Shown here piece by piece: positions 10,475 through 19,698 of a DNA stretch of 64,000 nucleotides. The stretch lies in the NCBI GenBank assembly GCA_963665665.1, contig OY762428.1:1920001-1984000 (forward strand). The letters are read 5' to 3'. The position numbers were made by a program, and so were the translations under genes. Source of the stretch: Candidatus Kapaibacterium sp. (GTDB lineage Bacteria; Bacteroidota; Ignavibacteria; Kapaibacteriales; UBA2268). The first letter of the stretch is position 1, and each line of letters begins with the position of its first letter. Below the pieces are notes generated by a model. That model was not told where the DNA came from. It saw only the letters and a program-made list of their open reading frames with translations, and made no database searches.

Positions 10475-10879
10475 TTATTCAGTTATTGAAATATTTTTAT
10501 TTACTAAAGAAGTTTGGCCCTTATTTTCAACCATTGCAGTAATTTGAACATCTCCCGCAATTATTGCTTTAAAGGCCGATATTGCAGAATACCTGTTATC
10601 ATCTTCCGAGCTGTTTGTAGTAAAACTTATAGCCATTTTCCCAATATCGTTGTTGGCATATTTGTATTCAATTTTAACATCGGCATATACGAGTTTTTTG
10701 TTTGATTGAATTTCTACAATTATTGAATCCTGGATTGAAAAACTTGATTTGTTCGTTTTTTCAGAATCGAGATAGGTAAGAATTCCGATTTCAAAATCTT
10801 GTTCCGGATTTGTTGTAGCATCATCACATGAAATTATTGCAAACATGCTTAATAAGATAATAATTGATAGTTTTTTCAT
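10475..10879 (-). CDS. CxDATT-family lipoprotein (small Ig-like body)
   Basis: Lipobox IISC-DDATTNP. Confidence 0.75.
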   Translation of the reverse strand: MKKLSIIILLSMFAIISCDDATTNPEQDFEIGILTYLDSEKTNKSSFSIQDSIIVEIQSNKKLVYADVKIEYKYANNDIGKMAISFTTNSSEDDNRYSAISAFKAIIAGDVQITAMVENKGQTSLVNKNISITE

Positions 10880-10904
10880 TGTATTCTCTTAGTACTATGT
10901 ATTT

Positions 10905-12080
10905 TCAATATTCCCACAGGGGCTTCTTAGATATATGCCAACCTGTTCCGTTATCAGCTTCCACCAAAATTTTCCCGTCATCTGTTGATAAAATTAACGG
11001 CTTCCAATACATATCAAAAAACAATACCTGCTCTTTTGTTTGTCCATTATCTGATGATTTGTAAAAACCTTCGGATTTCACGGAATCTGCCTCGATTTCT
11101 GTTCGCACAAAGTATATATTGTTTGTATTGTCCACATCAATATAATCCAAATTACAGTTGTTGTCCGGATTATTATTATCCAAATATTGTATGTCCCGTT
11201 CATCCCATATTATGCCACCATCCGAAAAATAAGTAGTTGATCCGACTTTCGGTATATACGCCCATTGTCCGTTCATGCATTCTTTAACTGTAAATGATTC
11301 ATCAGGATAATGGTCATAATTTATTCCACTTACATTCTCAAGAGATTTTGATGTCATATTGTCAGAGAAATAAAATCCCTTATAAGTAAATATTATCAAC
11401 TTATCGTTTATCATTTCCATTTCACATCCAAATATTTCACTGGTTTTCTGCCATTCGGCGCTGAATGATTCCTTATAAAATAAATCATACCAGCCCGCTC
11501 CGAGATCCACCGAAATTAAAATTTCCCCCTTATTGTTTACAAAACCGTTATTGATCTTATAAACTATCTGCTTTGGATTGCTTGCCGTCCAGATGACAGG
11601 CATATCGATACTTATCCATTTATTACCATTTGCATTGTACATAACAATACAACTTGAGTCGCTAATTTCCGCAGAAGAATTATTTACAACATTCCTGCCG
11701 AAGATATAATACATATTATCATTCTTGTCTTTAGCAAATTTCCTGAAATAAATACCGTATTCTTCTGAACTTGTATATTTCAGCGGTTTTTCAATAGTGG
11801 TTTCCCATGTTGAATTAAACTCATCAAATTTGTAAATGTATAAATCCCGGTCTCTCTTTTTATCATCATTGTCAACTCCGTTGCCCCAAATTTCATCATT
11901 TATTTTTGTTACTGAAATAATATTTTTTTCACACTTTATCGCTGTAAAATTGTTTAGAATTTCAGTTTCATAGTCATAGCCGTATAAATTATTATCATTA
12001 TCATCAGGAGTTACTGTCGCATCTTCGCAGGAAATAAATGCAAAAAAAGCAGATAGAAGAATGATGGATATTAGTTTCAT
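10905..12080 (-). CDS. CxDATT-family lipoprotein (BNR/Asp-box propeller-like body)
   Basis: Lipobox FISC-EDATVTP; Asp-box-like YFSDGGIIW and YKSSDNGQT. Confidence 0.75.
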   Translation of the reverse strand: MKLISIILLSAFFAFISCEDATVTPDDNDNNLYGYDYETEILNNFTAIKCEKNIISVTKINDEIWGNGVDNDDKKRDRDLYIYKFDEFNSTWETTIEKPLKYTSSEEYGIYFRKFAKDKNDNMYYIFGRNVVNNSSAEISDSSCIVMYNANGNKWISIDMPVIWTASNPKQIVYKINNGFVNNKGEILISVDLGAGWYDLFYKESFSAEWQKTSEIFGCEMEMINDKLIIFTYKGFYFSDNMTSKSLENVSGINYDHYPDESFTVKECMNGQWAYIPKVGSTTYFSDGGIIWDERDIQYLDNNNPDNNCNLDYIDVDNTNNIYFVRTEIEADSVKSEGFYKSSDNGQTKEQVLFFDMYWKPLILSTDDGKILVEADNGTGWHISKKPLWEY

Positions 12081-12103
12081 TTCGTCACCAGTTATTATTA
12101 TTA

Positions 12104-12751
12104 TTAATTTTTCGGTTTCCAGTCGGGATAACGTTTTTCATTTTCATCCCAAAGCTTGCCCAGGTCAATTACAATATCAGATTCTGAACTGCTTATGCTC
12201 CAGCCTTCCAAACCTGTTTGAGCATTTGTTGTGTAATCGGCGCTTCCCAAACTAAAGCCTGCTGAAAATCTATCTACCCAGGGCATTGACATACTGATAA
12301 TTCCTTTTTCTCCTTCTATAAAGATCAAAGCATTATCTGTTACCGTACCAATTTTCGCCCCATAGATGTCGTTCCAGGAATCATATTTGCCGAGTGGATA
12401 ACTTTCCTTAACAAGCATAATATATGCAACCCCGAGTTTCCCGGAATTATAGGCGTTAATACATGTATCTGACGGTAACTCACTAAGGTCAATATGAAAA
12501 GTCATATCTGACTTATTAAAAGTACCTTCATGAGAAACCCAGGCATAAGACGGAGATGCTTTATATACATGCCACAACAGTACTGCTTTAGCATCCTCAG
12601 GGATAAAATTTTTATTTGGATTTAATACCTTTCCACTGATTTCTTTCAGATTCTCCCAAGTGTTTGTTTTAGGGTCAGGTTTTGTAGTAGCGTCCTTGCA
12701 GCTAATGAATGCAAAAATGCCGAGAAAGAAAATGATTGATAGTTTTTTCAT
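12104..12751 (-). CDS. CxDATT-family lipoprotein (group A body)
   Basis: Lipobox FISC-KDATTKP; SGKVLNPNKNFIPEDAK. Confidence 0.8.
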   Translation of the reverse strand: MKKLSIIFFLGIFAFISCKDATTKPDPKTNTWENLKEISGKVLNPNKNFIPEDAKAVLLWHVYKASPSYAWVSHEGTFNKSDMTFHIDLSELPSDTCINAYNSGKLGVAYIMLVKESYPLGKYDSWNDIYGAKIGTVTDNALIFIEGEKGIISMSMPWVDRFSAGFSLGSADYTTNAQTGLEGWSISSSESDIVIDLGKLWDENEKRYPDWKPKN

Positions 12752-12762
12752 GCTAATTCCTT

Positions 12763-13392
12763 TTATTTCCAGTTTGGAAATTTAATTTTAATATCATCAG
12801 TTTGGTCTTCTTCTAACATTAGTTCAATGTTATCAGTATCCGAATCAGGAATCCAATTGTCATGAACTTCGTTTGTATAAACACCTTCAGCCCAGTTGTA
12901 ATTCTCTGCCATATCATTTAGCCAGGGGTAATATTCCACAAAATTAGTCATATCTCCTGAAGTAAATATTATAGAATGACTTGAAACCGCTCCAATCAAT
13001 TTCGGGGCGTGTATTTCATCATCCCAGACACCTGTTTGAAAATCTTTTTGAACCAGAAATAAATAATTTACGCAAAAACTATTATTTCCATCAAGAGTTA
13101 ATGATAACGAATCCGGAATTGTCGATAAATCAACATCAAAAGACAAATTTGATTTTTTAAATTCAAACTCTCCCCATGTGTAAGCATAATCTCCGTTATT
13201 TTCTGATTGAACTAATGAATATAGAACAATTTTAGCATCGGTTGGAATATCCCTGTTGTTTGGATTTAATACTTTACCGCTTATTTTGAATAAGCTTCTA
13301 TCACCATTGTTGTTAACGGGACTTGTTGTTGCATCATCACAGGAAATGATTATAAAAAGGCTTAATAAGAATAAAATCGATAGTTTTTTCAT
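12763..13392 (-). CDS. CxDATT-family lipoprotein (group A body)
   Basis: Lipobox IISC-DDATTSP; SGKVLNPNNRDIPTDAK. Confidence 0.8.
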   Translation of the reverse strand: MKKLSILFLLSLFIIISCDDATTSPVNNNGDRSLFKISGKVLNPNNRDIPTDAKIVLYSLVQSENNGDYAYTWGEFEFKKSNLSFDVDLSTIPDSLSLTLDGNNSFCVNYLFLVQKDFQTGVWDDEIHAPKLIGAVSSHSIIFTSGDMTNFVEYYPWLNDMAENYNWAEGVYTNEVHDNWIPDSDTDNIELMLEEDQTDDIKIKFPNWK

Positions 13393-13443
13393 AGTTTGTT
13401 TCCTTGAGATTAGAAGTAAAAAATTTATTTACAATATTCTATC

Positions 13444-13575
13444 GGAGCTGTCCCAAAAATTCGAAAAGCTATTATTCTGAGTGCAGCGAAGAATCAATAA
13501 CCCGCATGAATACTGGATTCTTCACTTCGTTCAGAATGACAAATCGTAAAATATTTCATATCATAGAGACATCAC
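13444..13575. repeat. MITE/REP-like palindromic element, copy A
   Basis: Ends ctgtcccaaaa...gagacatc; inner arms ttctgagtgcagcgaagaatc / gattcttcacttcgttcagaatgac. Confidence 0.75.
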
Positions 13576-13588
13576 CTATTTTTTGTAC

Positions 13589-14773
13589 CTAAAAATTCAG
13601 CATAATTCCATAGTTCAAACTGATCTTGCCCGATAATTCATAGTTGCCGTTGTACCTGTATCCAAGTGCCGAACCTTCAATGGCAGCATAGAGTTTGATA
13701 ATTGTTTCCGGTTTCCAGATCAGGCCCAGCCTGGTTTTTACAAAAGGCCCAACGTTTGTTCCGCCTATGATGTTTTCAGAAAAGAATAAAACTGTCGGCA
13801 TTTTTTCATAATCAGCAAACTCATGCTTATATTTTAAGCCATATAAATTAAGGGATTTATTCAAATTCAGCTCATCGTTCCGGGCAATAAAAATATCATA
13901 GGTTTCCCTGCCCGCTTCAAATCCAAGGTAATCATTCTCATCCAGTTTCAGGCTTATTCCTACAGTGAAATTATTCAGGGTGTTGTCGAAGCTTGCGATT
14001 TGCAGCCTTTTCGGGAAAAGGTATATTCCTGTAATATTCGAGCTTGAAAGTTCAAATCCTGACAGAAAGCGCAATAAACCGGATTTCTTTTTGCCAATTA
14101 TGCCCGGCTCATTAATTGTGAGAGTAGCAGCATTGATAAAGTCAGTATCATTATATGTATAGCTGCCAATTGGAATGTTATTATTTTCCATTGCGATGTA
14201 TGCAATTTCAATTTCAGGGATTTTATCTACAGGAACTTCTTCATTTTCAATTTTTTCCGAAATGGTTTCATTTTTACTTAGTGAAACAATGCTATTTTCA
14301 ATAAATCTCTCTTCCTTTACCTTAGCAACAGGAGAGGAATAAGAAATCATCTGATCATTTTGCGATTTTGCTTTTTCTTCAATTGCCTTGGCTTCAATAT
14401 TATTTTCCGGCAGTAAAGTTGCATATTCCAGCGTAACATTTGAAGCATTCGAATCCTCGTCGGATAGAATTCCGTTGGCAAGGAATCCAAGGATAAACAC
14501 TGAAGCGAATATGCCGAATCTGAGTAAATAGGAAAGAATTGGCCCGGACTGATATATCCCTGCCGCCTTAAACAGTTTGGATTTACTGCTGGCATCAGGC
14601 ACAGCACGAATATTATCTTTAACAACCCCATTGTGGAACAGCATAAGCTCATGGAACTCATCCTGAAGCTCAGGGTTCCCGGCCAGGCCGTTAAACAGTT
14701 CCGACCTTTCGCCGGGAGTTGTTTCGCCGTCTTTAAAAACGTATAGCAAATCTATTAGTCGTTCATTTTCCAT
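13589..14773 (-). CDS. Anti-sigma factor, probable dual-membrane-spanning type
   Basis: Downstream of ECF sigma; N-terminal DGETTPGERSELF (Cys-less anti-sigma-like); TM at about residues 79-103; Glu/Lys/Ser-rich linker; amphipathic strands ending YGIMLNF. Confidence 0.7.
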   Translation of the reverse strand: MENERLIDLLYVFKDGETTPGERSELFNGLAGNPELQDEFHELMLFHNGVVKDNIRAVPDASSKSKLFKAAGIYQSGPILSYLLRFGIFASVFILGFLANGILSDEDSNASNVTLEYATLLPENNIEAKAIEEKAKSQNDQMISYSSPVAKVKEERFIENSIVSLSKNETISEKIENEEVPVDKIPEIEIAYIAMENNNIPIGSYTYNDTDFINAATLTINEPGIIGKKKSGLLRFLSGFELSSSNITGIYLFPKRLQIASFDNTLNNFTVGISLKLDENDYLGFEAGRETYDIFIARNDELNLNKSLNLYGLKYKHEFADYEKMPTVLFFSENIIGGTNVGPFVKTRLGLIWKPETIIKLYAAIEGSALGYRYNGNYELSGKISLNYGIMLNF

Positions 14774-14873
14774 TTCTAATTCTGCTTAGTAAAAATTACA
14801 AAATGATAATATTATCTGATATTTCTGATAAAGGCCTTCCCACCATATCCGGATGAACGGCTTTAGAAGCTTC

Positions 14874-15024
14874 GGAGGCTGTCTCAAAAGGTAGAATAAC
14901 TGTCATTCTGAGCGCAGCGAAGAATCTATAAACCTCATAAATACTGGATTCTTCACTTCGTTCAGCCTGCCCTCGATTAATCGGGGAATGACAACACACC
15001 AAAATTCTGAATAAAGAGACATCC
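14874..15024. repeat. MITE/REP-like palindromic element, copy B, with 21-nt internal insertion
   Basis: Ends ggctgtctcaaaa...gagacatcc; inner gtcattctgagcgcagcgaagaatc / gattcttcacttcgttcag[insert]aatgac. Confidence 0.75.
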
Positions 15025-15101
15025 AGTGGGGTGGGGTCGGGGAGACTAAAATCAATTAGTTTTCTCAGAATATCTATTTTTGCCAGTAAGCTATTCATTT
15101 T

Positions 15102-15653
15102 TCAACTCGCTTCCGTTTGATAGGATTTGATATATTCCCTGACTTCCCGTTTAGCCCTTACAACCCTGTTGCGCACTGTGCTAATCGGGATATCAAGTAT
15201 ATTTGCAATTTCTTTGTATGAGAAACCTTCAAAAACCTGAAGAATAAAAGCTTCCTTGTGTTCAACAGGAATTTTATTCAGTGCATGTTCAATAATTGAA
15301 TTCAATTCTATGCTTTCCATATTATTTTCAGTACAAACAAGATGCGATTCTTCAAGCTCAACATTTTTTGTTTTCCCGGATCTCCTTCTATTCAGGCATG
15401 TATTTTTTGCAATCCTGAAAAGAAGGCCGCTTATGTTATTTATTTCCCTGTTTTCTTTTATATAAAGCAGAAATTTCATCATAGCCTCCTGGAAGGCGTC
15501 TTCAGCTTCTGTTTTATCTCCCATAAACTTCAGGCAATAAGTATAGATTTGTGAAGAGTACAATTCATACACTCTTTCAAATGCTTTTTTATACTTACCT
15601 TTCCGGATGTATTTTATTATTTCCGTTTCACTATTTTCTGCTTTTATCGCCAT
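15102..15653 (-). CDS. ECF RNA polymerase sigma factor
   Basis: Region 2 AEDAFQEAMMK...LFRIAKNTCLN; region 4 FSYKEIANILDIPISTVRNRVVRAK. Confidence 0.93.
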   Translation of the reverse strand: MAIKAENSETEIIKYIRKGKYKKAFERVYELYSSQIYTYCLKFMGDKTEAEDAFQEAMMKFLLYIKENREINNISGLLFRIAKNTCLNRRRSGKTKNVELEESHLVCTENNMESIELNSIIEHALNKIPVEHKEAFILQVFEGFSYKEIANILDIPISTVRNRVVRAKREVREYIKSYQTEAS

Positions 15654-15664
15654 TCATTAACTAA

Positions 15665-15690
15665 GGCACATTAAAATTCAATTTGTTTCA
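15665..15690 (-). promoter_or_regulatory. Putative autoregulatory ECF promoter
   Basis: Minus strand TGAAAC-N16-TGCC ending 11 nt before the sigma ATG. Confidence 0.5.
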
Positions 15691-15728
15691 AAAATAATTA
15701 AAAAATTATGATGGGGACAAAACTTCTC

Positions 15729-15865
15729 TTGTGAACTATAGCAGCACGGAAAATTTACCTCATTTCCCAAACACTATTCTATCCGTATTATTACCCGCCA
15801 AAGCAGGGGCTTTGGCAGGAGGGGATAAACGATTTCTTCTCTATCCAAGACACCTGCCTGGGATA
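15729..15865. repeat. ~138-bp repeat unit downstream of the NYN gene
   Basis: ttgtgaactatagca...tacccgccaaagcaggggctttggcagg...cctgggata, matching 16714-16925. Confidence 0.85.
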
Positions 15866-15869
15866 ACAT

Positions 15870-16481
15870 CTAATTCCATTCGTTCGGTTTGGTAATCAAC
15901 AGGCCATCTTTTATTAAAAAGGAATGTTCTAATTGGCTGTTTCGTATATTATTTTCACTAATTGTAAAGTAACCATCCGATATATACCTTAATTCAAAAG
16001 ATGACCTTTTCGGAGGAAAAACAGAAATAAATCTTTTTGTCGGAAATAGTTCTTTGGCTCTTCTAATTGCCGGAACAAGGTCGCTATCCCCTGAAATTAT
16101 CAGAGCTGTATCATAGTTATCATTTACAGCATCAGTAAGAATTTCAACTGCAATATTAACGTCTGTTTCTTTCTCCGAAGGTAAATTTATGATGGATTGG
16201 CATTTCGGACATTTAATATGATTGGTATGATATTTTCCAAAATATATTTGAATATTATCTTTCGCCTTCAAAGCTTCAAGATATTTATTCTGTCTTTTTC
16301 TTTTATCTTCAGGATTTTCAATACGGGATGTAAAATACTTTACACTGATTAGTTCCTGCCCTTTTTTCAATAACCTGCAGGACAACTTATACAGATCAAG
16401 CCAATAATATTTCCTGCCATATTTATCCTTTAAGCCAAAATACAGGTTGAATCCGTCAATATATGTAATAACTTTTTTCAT
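15870..16481 (-). CDS. NYN-domain (LabA/DUF88, PIN-like) nuclease
   Basis: YIDGFNLY, EKETDVNIA, ISGDSDLVPA motifs; CPKC insert. Confidence 0.9.
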   Translation of the reverse strand: MKKVITYIDGFNLYFGLKDKYGRKYYWLDLYKLSCRLLKKGQELISVKYFTSRIENPEDKRKRQNKYLEALKAKDNIQIYFGKYHTNHIKCPKCQSIINLPSEKETDVNIAVEILTDAVNDNYDTALIISGDSDLVPAIRRAKELFPTKRFISVFPPKRSSFELRYISDGYFTISENNIRNSQLEHSFLIKDGLLITKPNEWN

Positions 16482-16713
16482 TTAATTGAATTATCAGCTT
16501 GACTTATATCTAAAATTATTTTATTTTGGTATAAAATATAACCCCGCAAAGGATAGTATCCTTTGCCTGACGCTTTCTGCAAAGAAAGCGTTTCTTTATT
16601 AAATTCAATTAAATATAAAAAATACTCAAGATATAATCAAAAGGAAAAATTTAATTTAGTCTTCTTCAACTTTTAATAATATATTGATATATCACTAAGC
16701 AATAATATCTAAT

Positions 16714-16925
16714 TTCTACCCGCCAAAGCAGGGGCTTTGGCAGGAGGCGGTAAACAATTTCTTCTCTGTCCCAAGCCCTGCCTGGGATAGTTGTGAACTA
16801 TAGCAACCCTGTCAATTTGCCTCATTTTCTCACACACTATTCTATTCGGATTTCTACCCGCCAAAGCAGGGGCTTTGGCAGCAGGGGATAAAGGATTTCT
16901 TCTCTGTCCCAAGCCCTGTCTGTGA
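16714..16925. repeat. ~1.5 tandem copies of the 138-bp hairpin-containing repeat
   Basis: tacccgccaaagcaggggctttggcag at 16717 and 16855. Confidence 0.85.
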
Positions 16926-17116
16926 TAGCCACCTCCCATCTGCTGAATGACTCCGAATATTCCTGACAATTTTCTCATGCATTCTGTCAATAAATAGCAT
17001 ACTTTTTTCCTTTATCATGAAAAATTTAGTAATTTGTAATATCATTGCATATCAGGCAATAATTTCAGGATTAATAGTCTATATTTGACAAGAGGAATAA
17101 CAACAGAGAGAAAACA

Positions 17117-19153
17117 ATGGCTTTTAAAAAAATTATATCAATTATATTAGTAGCAATATCTGCTTATTTAATTTTCGGCTGTGCCGAAGAGAATGAAAAT
17201 CTTGTAAACCCGCCCTCGGCAAGCTCACTTATTCAGATCAGGGTTGTAAATGTTAACAGCGACGGGAAAACGAGGAAACTTGATTTTGAAGGGCTTGGCG
17301 AGTCAGGAGAGGCTGCTCCATTTGCATCTACCGATTTAAAGAATCCTCCTGCCGATTCAACTTATGTTACAGTACTTGCTTCGGGAACAGAGGAGTTCAC
17401 CACTTACAAAAGGGAACGTTTCATACGAAACATTTTTTATTCTTATGTTCCGCTTCCCCCACAAAACTCTGCGGATACCAAAACAGATACTCTGAAAAGA
17501 ATACAAAGCTCATCAACAATCCCTGATGACAGTAAATCGGCTTTTGTAAAATTCTTTAACGCATATCCGGATACAACCGTTACTTTTTCAGTCCGCTCGG
17601 GATGCCAGAACGGTTCTGTTCTGATGTATGCAACCGAATACGGCAGCCAGGTGGCAAGCAAGGAAGTCAGGCCCAAAGATTTTACTTTCACCCTGATGAG
17701 ATATAATAAAGCCGACAGCACGGAAGATGTAGTCGGTTTATATAAGATAGATAACCTTGTAGCAAGGGGTCAGTACTCCCTGATCGTAGCAAAAAATGGG
17801 GATAATACTGAACTGTATTTATTGGATCTGATAAATAGCCAACCTCTTGAAAAACTTGAAGCAGAAGTAAACACTACTGCTAATCTGAAAATAATAAATA
17901 TTGCCAAAAGGGATATTGATTTTAAAATTTCCGATTCAACTATCGTAGAAAACCTGCCTGATCAGACATTGAGTAAAAGTAATGAAATAACAGTTTGTGC
18001 ATCGCTTGATATGGACGAGCTAATGACATATACAAGCGGAACTTCCAATACTTTTGGCAACATGATGTATTCTTTCGAAGTTCTGAAAGATTACACTGGA
18101 ATTGTCTATGATTCAACCGGTAATGGCGACGGGGCGCTTATTATGCTGGAACCGATTTACCTTGAAGATGAGATGGGCGATAACGCTATGGTTCGCGTTG
18201 TAAATACTTCCCTGCATAAGGATATGATAACTGTTTCCCTTGGTGCAAGGATAGACACCAACAGCGTTCTTGAATTCAGGGCAGGGGACATATTTGCCGA
18301 ACAATTAAGTTTCGGTGAGGTTTCCGATGCCATGCTCGTAAAAAGCGGTATTGCCCCGATAGCGGTTTTCACAGGATACGACCCCCGGAAATTATTATAT
18401 ACTTCATATAGTAAAATTGAAGCCGGCAAGGAATATATTGTTATTATTACCGACGACGAAAACGGAGATTATGAGTTAATAATGATAGAGGATAAATTTG
18501 AAAGCAATGACCAAATACTGAATCCTCTTGATGAAGGGATTTTCACCCAGGTGATGAATGCCCTGCCGGGAATTGACGAGGTATCAATTTCAATAACCAA
18601 TTCAGAGGGCATCCAGATTGACGGAGCCATTGCTCACCTGACTGAATCACTTACCACTGTAATTCCTCAGGGACAATCCACTATCAATATAAACGGTAAC
18701 CCAATTGAAGTTGAAGCCGAGGCAGGCAAAAGGCTTATGATTATTGCTGCGGGCCATCCGGATGATATTGATTTGCTGGAATTTAAGTATAGTCCCATTA
18801 CTTCCGATATATCGCAATTGCGGAGAAGATACATAAACGCATCAACGGGCGTTGCCGAGATGAGTGTAAAAATCAATTCCAATGATACTTTAACAGATCC
18901 TGAGGTTGATTATATTTCTTACAGTCAGAGTTCAGGAATAGTCAGTATCGACAGAGATGCAAAAATATCAATGTTCTTTATAGACGCAATTCTGGATGAG
19001 CAGGTGAAACATGACCCTGATGCAGAAGTACGCGAAAGTTCCACGAAAGCTATGCTGGCAGACATCAGCCTTCCATTGGGCAAAGGCTATACTATCATCT
19101 TTTTCGGCGATGAGGAAAACGGTTATAATGCCGTTATTCAGCAGGAATTTTGA
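17117..19153 (+). CDS. Lipoprotein with repeated DUF4397-like domains
   Basis: Lipobox IFGC; repeated IRVVN / VKFFNA / VRVVNT / RYINAS strand motifs. Confidence 0.7.
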   Translation: MAFKKIISIILVAISAYLIFGCAEENENLVNPPSASSLIQIRVVNVNSDGKTRKLDFEGLGESGEAAPFASTDLKNPPADSTYVTVLASGTEEFTTYKRERFIRNIFYSYVPLPPQNSADTKTDTLKRIQSSSTIPDDSKSAFVKFFNAYPDTTVTFSVRSGCQNGSVLMYATEYGSQVASKEVRPKDFTFTLMRYNKADSTEDVVGLYKIDNLVARGQYSLIVAKNGDNTELYLLDLINSQPLEKLEAEVNTTANLKIINIAKRDIDFKISDSTIVENLPDQTLSKSNEITVCASLDMDELMTYTSGTSNTFGNMMYSFEVLKDYTGIVYDSTGNGDGALIMLEPIYLEDEMGDNAMVRVVNTSLHKDMITVSLGARIDTNSVLEFRAGDIFAEQLSFGEVSDAMLVKSGIAPIAVFTGYDPRKLLYTSYSKIEAGKEYIVIITDDENGDYELIMIEDKFESNDQILNPLDEGIFTQVMNALPGIDEVSISITNSEGIQIDGAIAHLTESLTTVIPQGQSTININGNPIEVEAEAGKRLMIIAAGHPDDIDLLEFKYSPITSDISQLRRRYINASTGVAEMSVKINSNDTLTDPEVDYISYSQSSGIVSIDRDAKISMFFIDAILDEQVKHDPDAEVRESSTKAMLADISLPLGKGYTIIFFGDEENGYNAVIQQEF

Positions 19154-19263
19154 TCGGAATTGTGAGTTTATATTTACGATAAAAGCCCGTCCTTGCACTA
19201 AGCCGTTTTTTACTGCGACGACATGTAGTCGGGGTTCATGCACGATCGGCAGAGCAGCAAAGT

Positions 19264-19485
19264 ATGTTCGAAAAAGCCGCTTTTCCTGGCGGATACAGGA
19301 ATCTGACAGATTTTGTAATAGCTGCCGTAAGGGATAAAGCAAATGAAATAATTGAAAAGAATGAAAGCATAATTGCCTCGGAAAGAGACAAGGAAATATT
19401 CTTCAGCGCTTTAATGAAACCGCCGAAACCGAACAAAGAACTTTTGGCAGCAAAAGAAGAGTATGATAATCTGGTTTTGGCATAA
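19264..19485 (+). pseudogene. DUF1778 (TacA-like RHH) antitoxin, N-terminally truncated and orphan
   Basis: FEKAA..GGYRNLTDFVI.A...A..II...SERD.EIFF.ALM.PPKPN..L..A pattern; no intact GNAT toxin downstream. Confidence 0.7.
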
Positions 19486-19698
19486 ATTGGTTCAATATCC
19501 TGAGAATACAATATTTATAACTACATAGGTTTCGTAAATGAAAATCCTTCTGATAGGAATAATAATTGGCATTACAACATCGAAAACCAGACAGGATTAA
19601 TTATATTCCCTTACGGGCAAATAATATTTCCATGGCAGCGAAATTATGCTTATTTTTGTAAGTTTATTATACTATTGTAGAATTTTGCGAATGTTTCT

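Noticed and set aside
8355-13392. Integron cassette array or invertase shufflon
   Set aside because: Intergenic gaps are only ~10-60 nt with no attC-like palindromes, all genes share one orientation, and no recombinase is present
14796-15098. 100-aa ORF between sigma and anti-sigma
   Set aside because: It is a translation of the palindromic repeat element; the same applies to ORFs 13404-13592 and 16709-16990
15729-16925. CRISPR array
   Set aside because: Period is 138 bp, the inter-hairpin sequence is conserved rather than unique spacers, there are only ~2.5 units, and no cas genes
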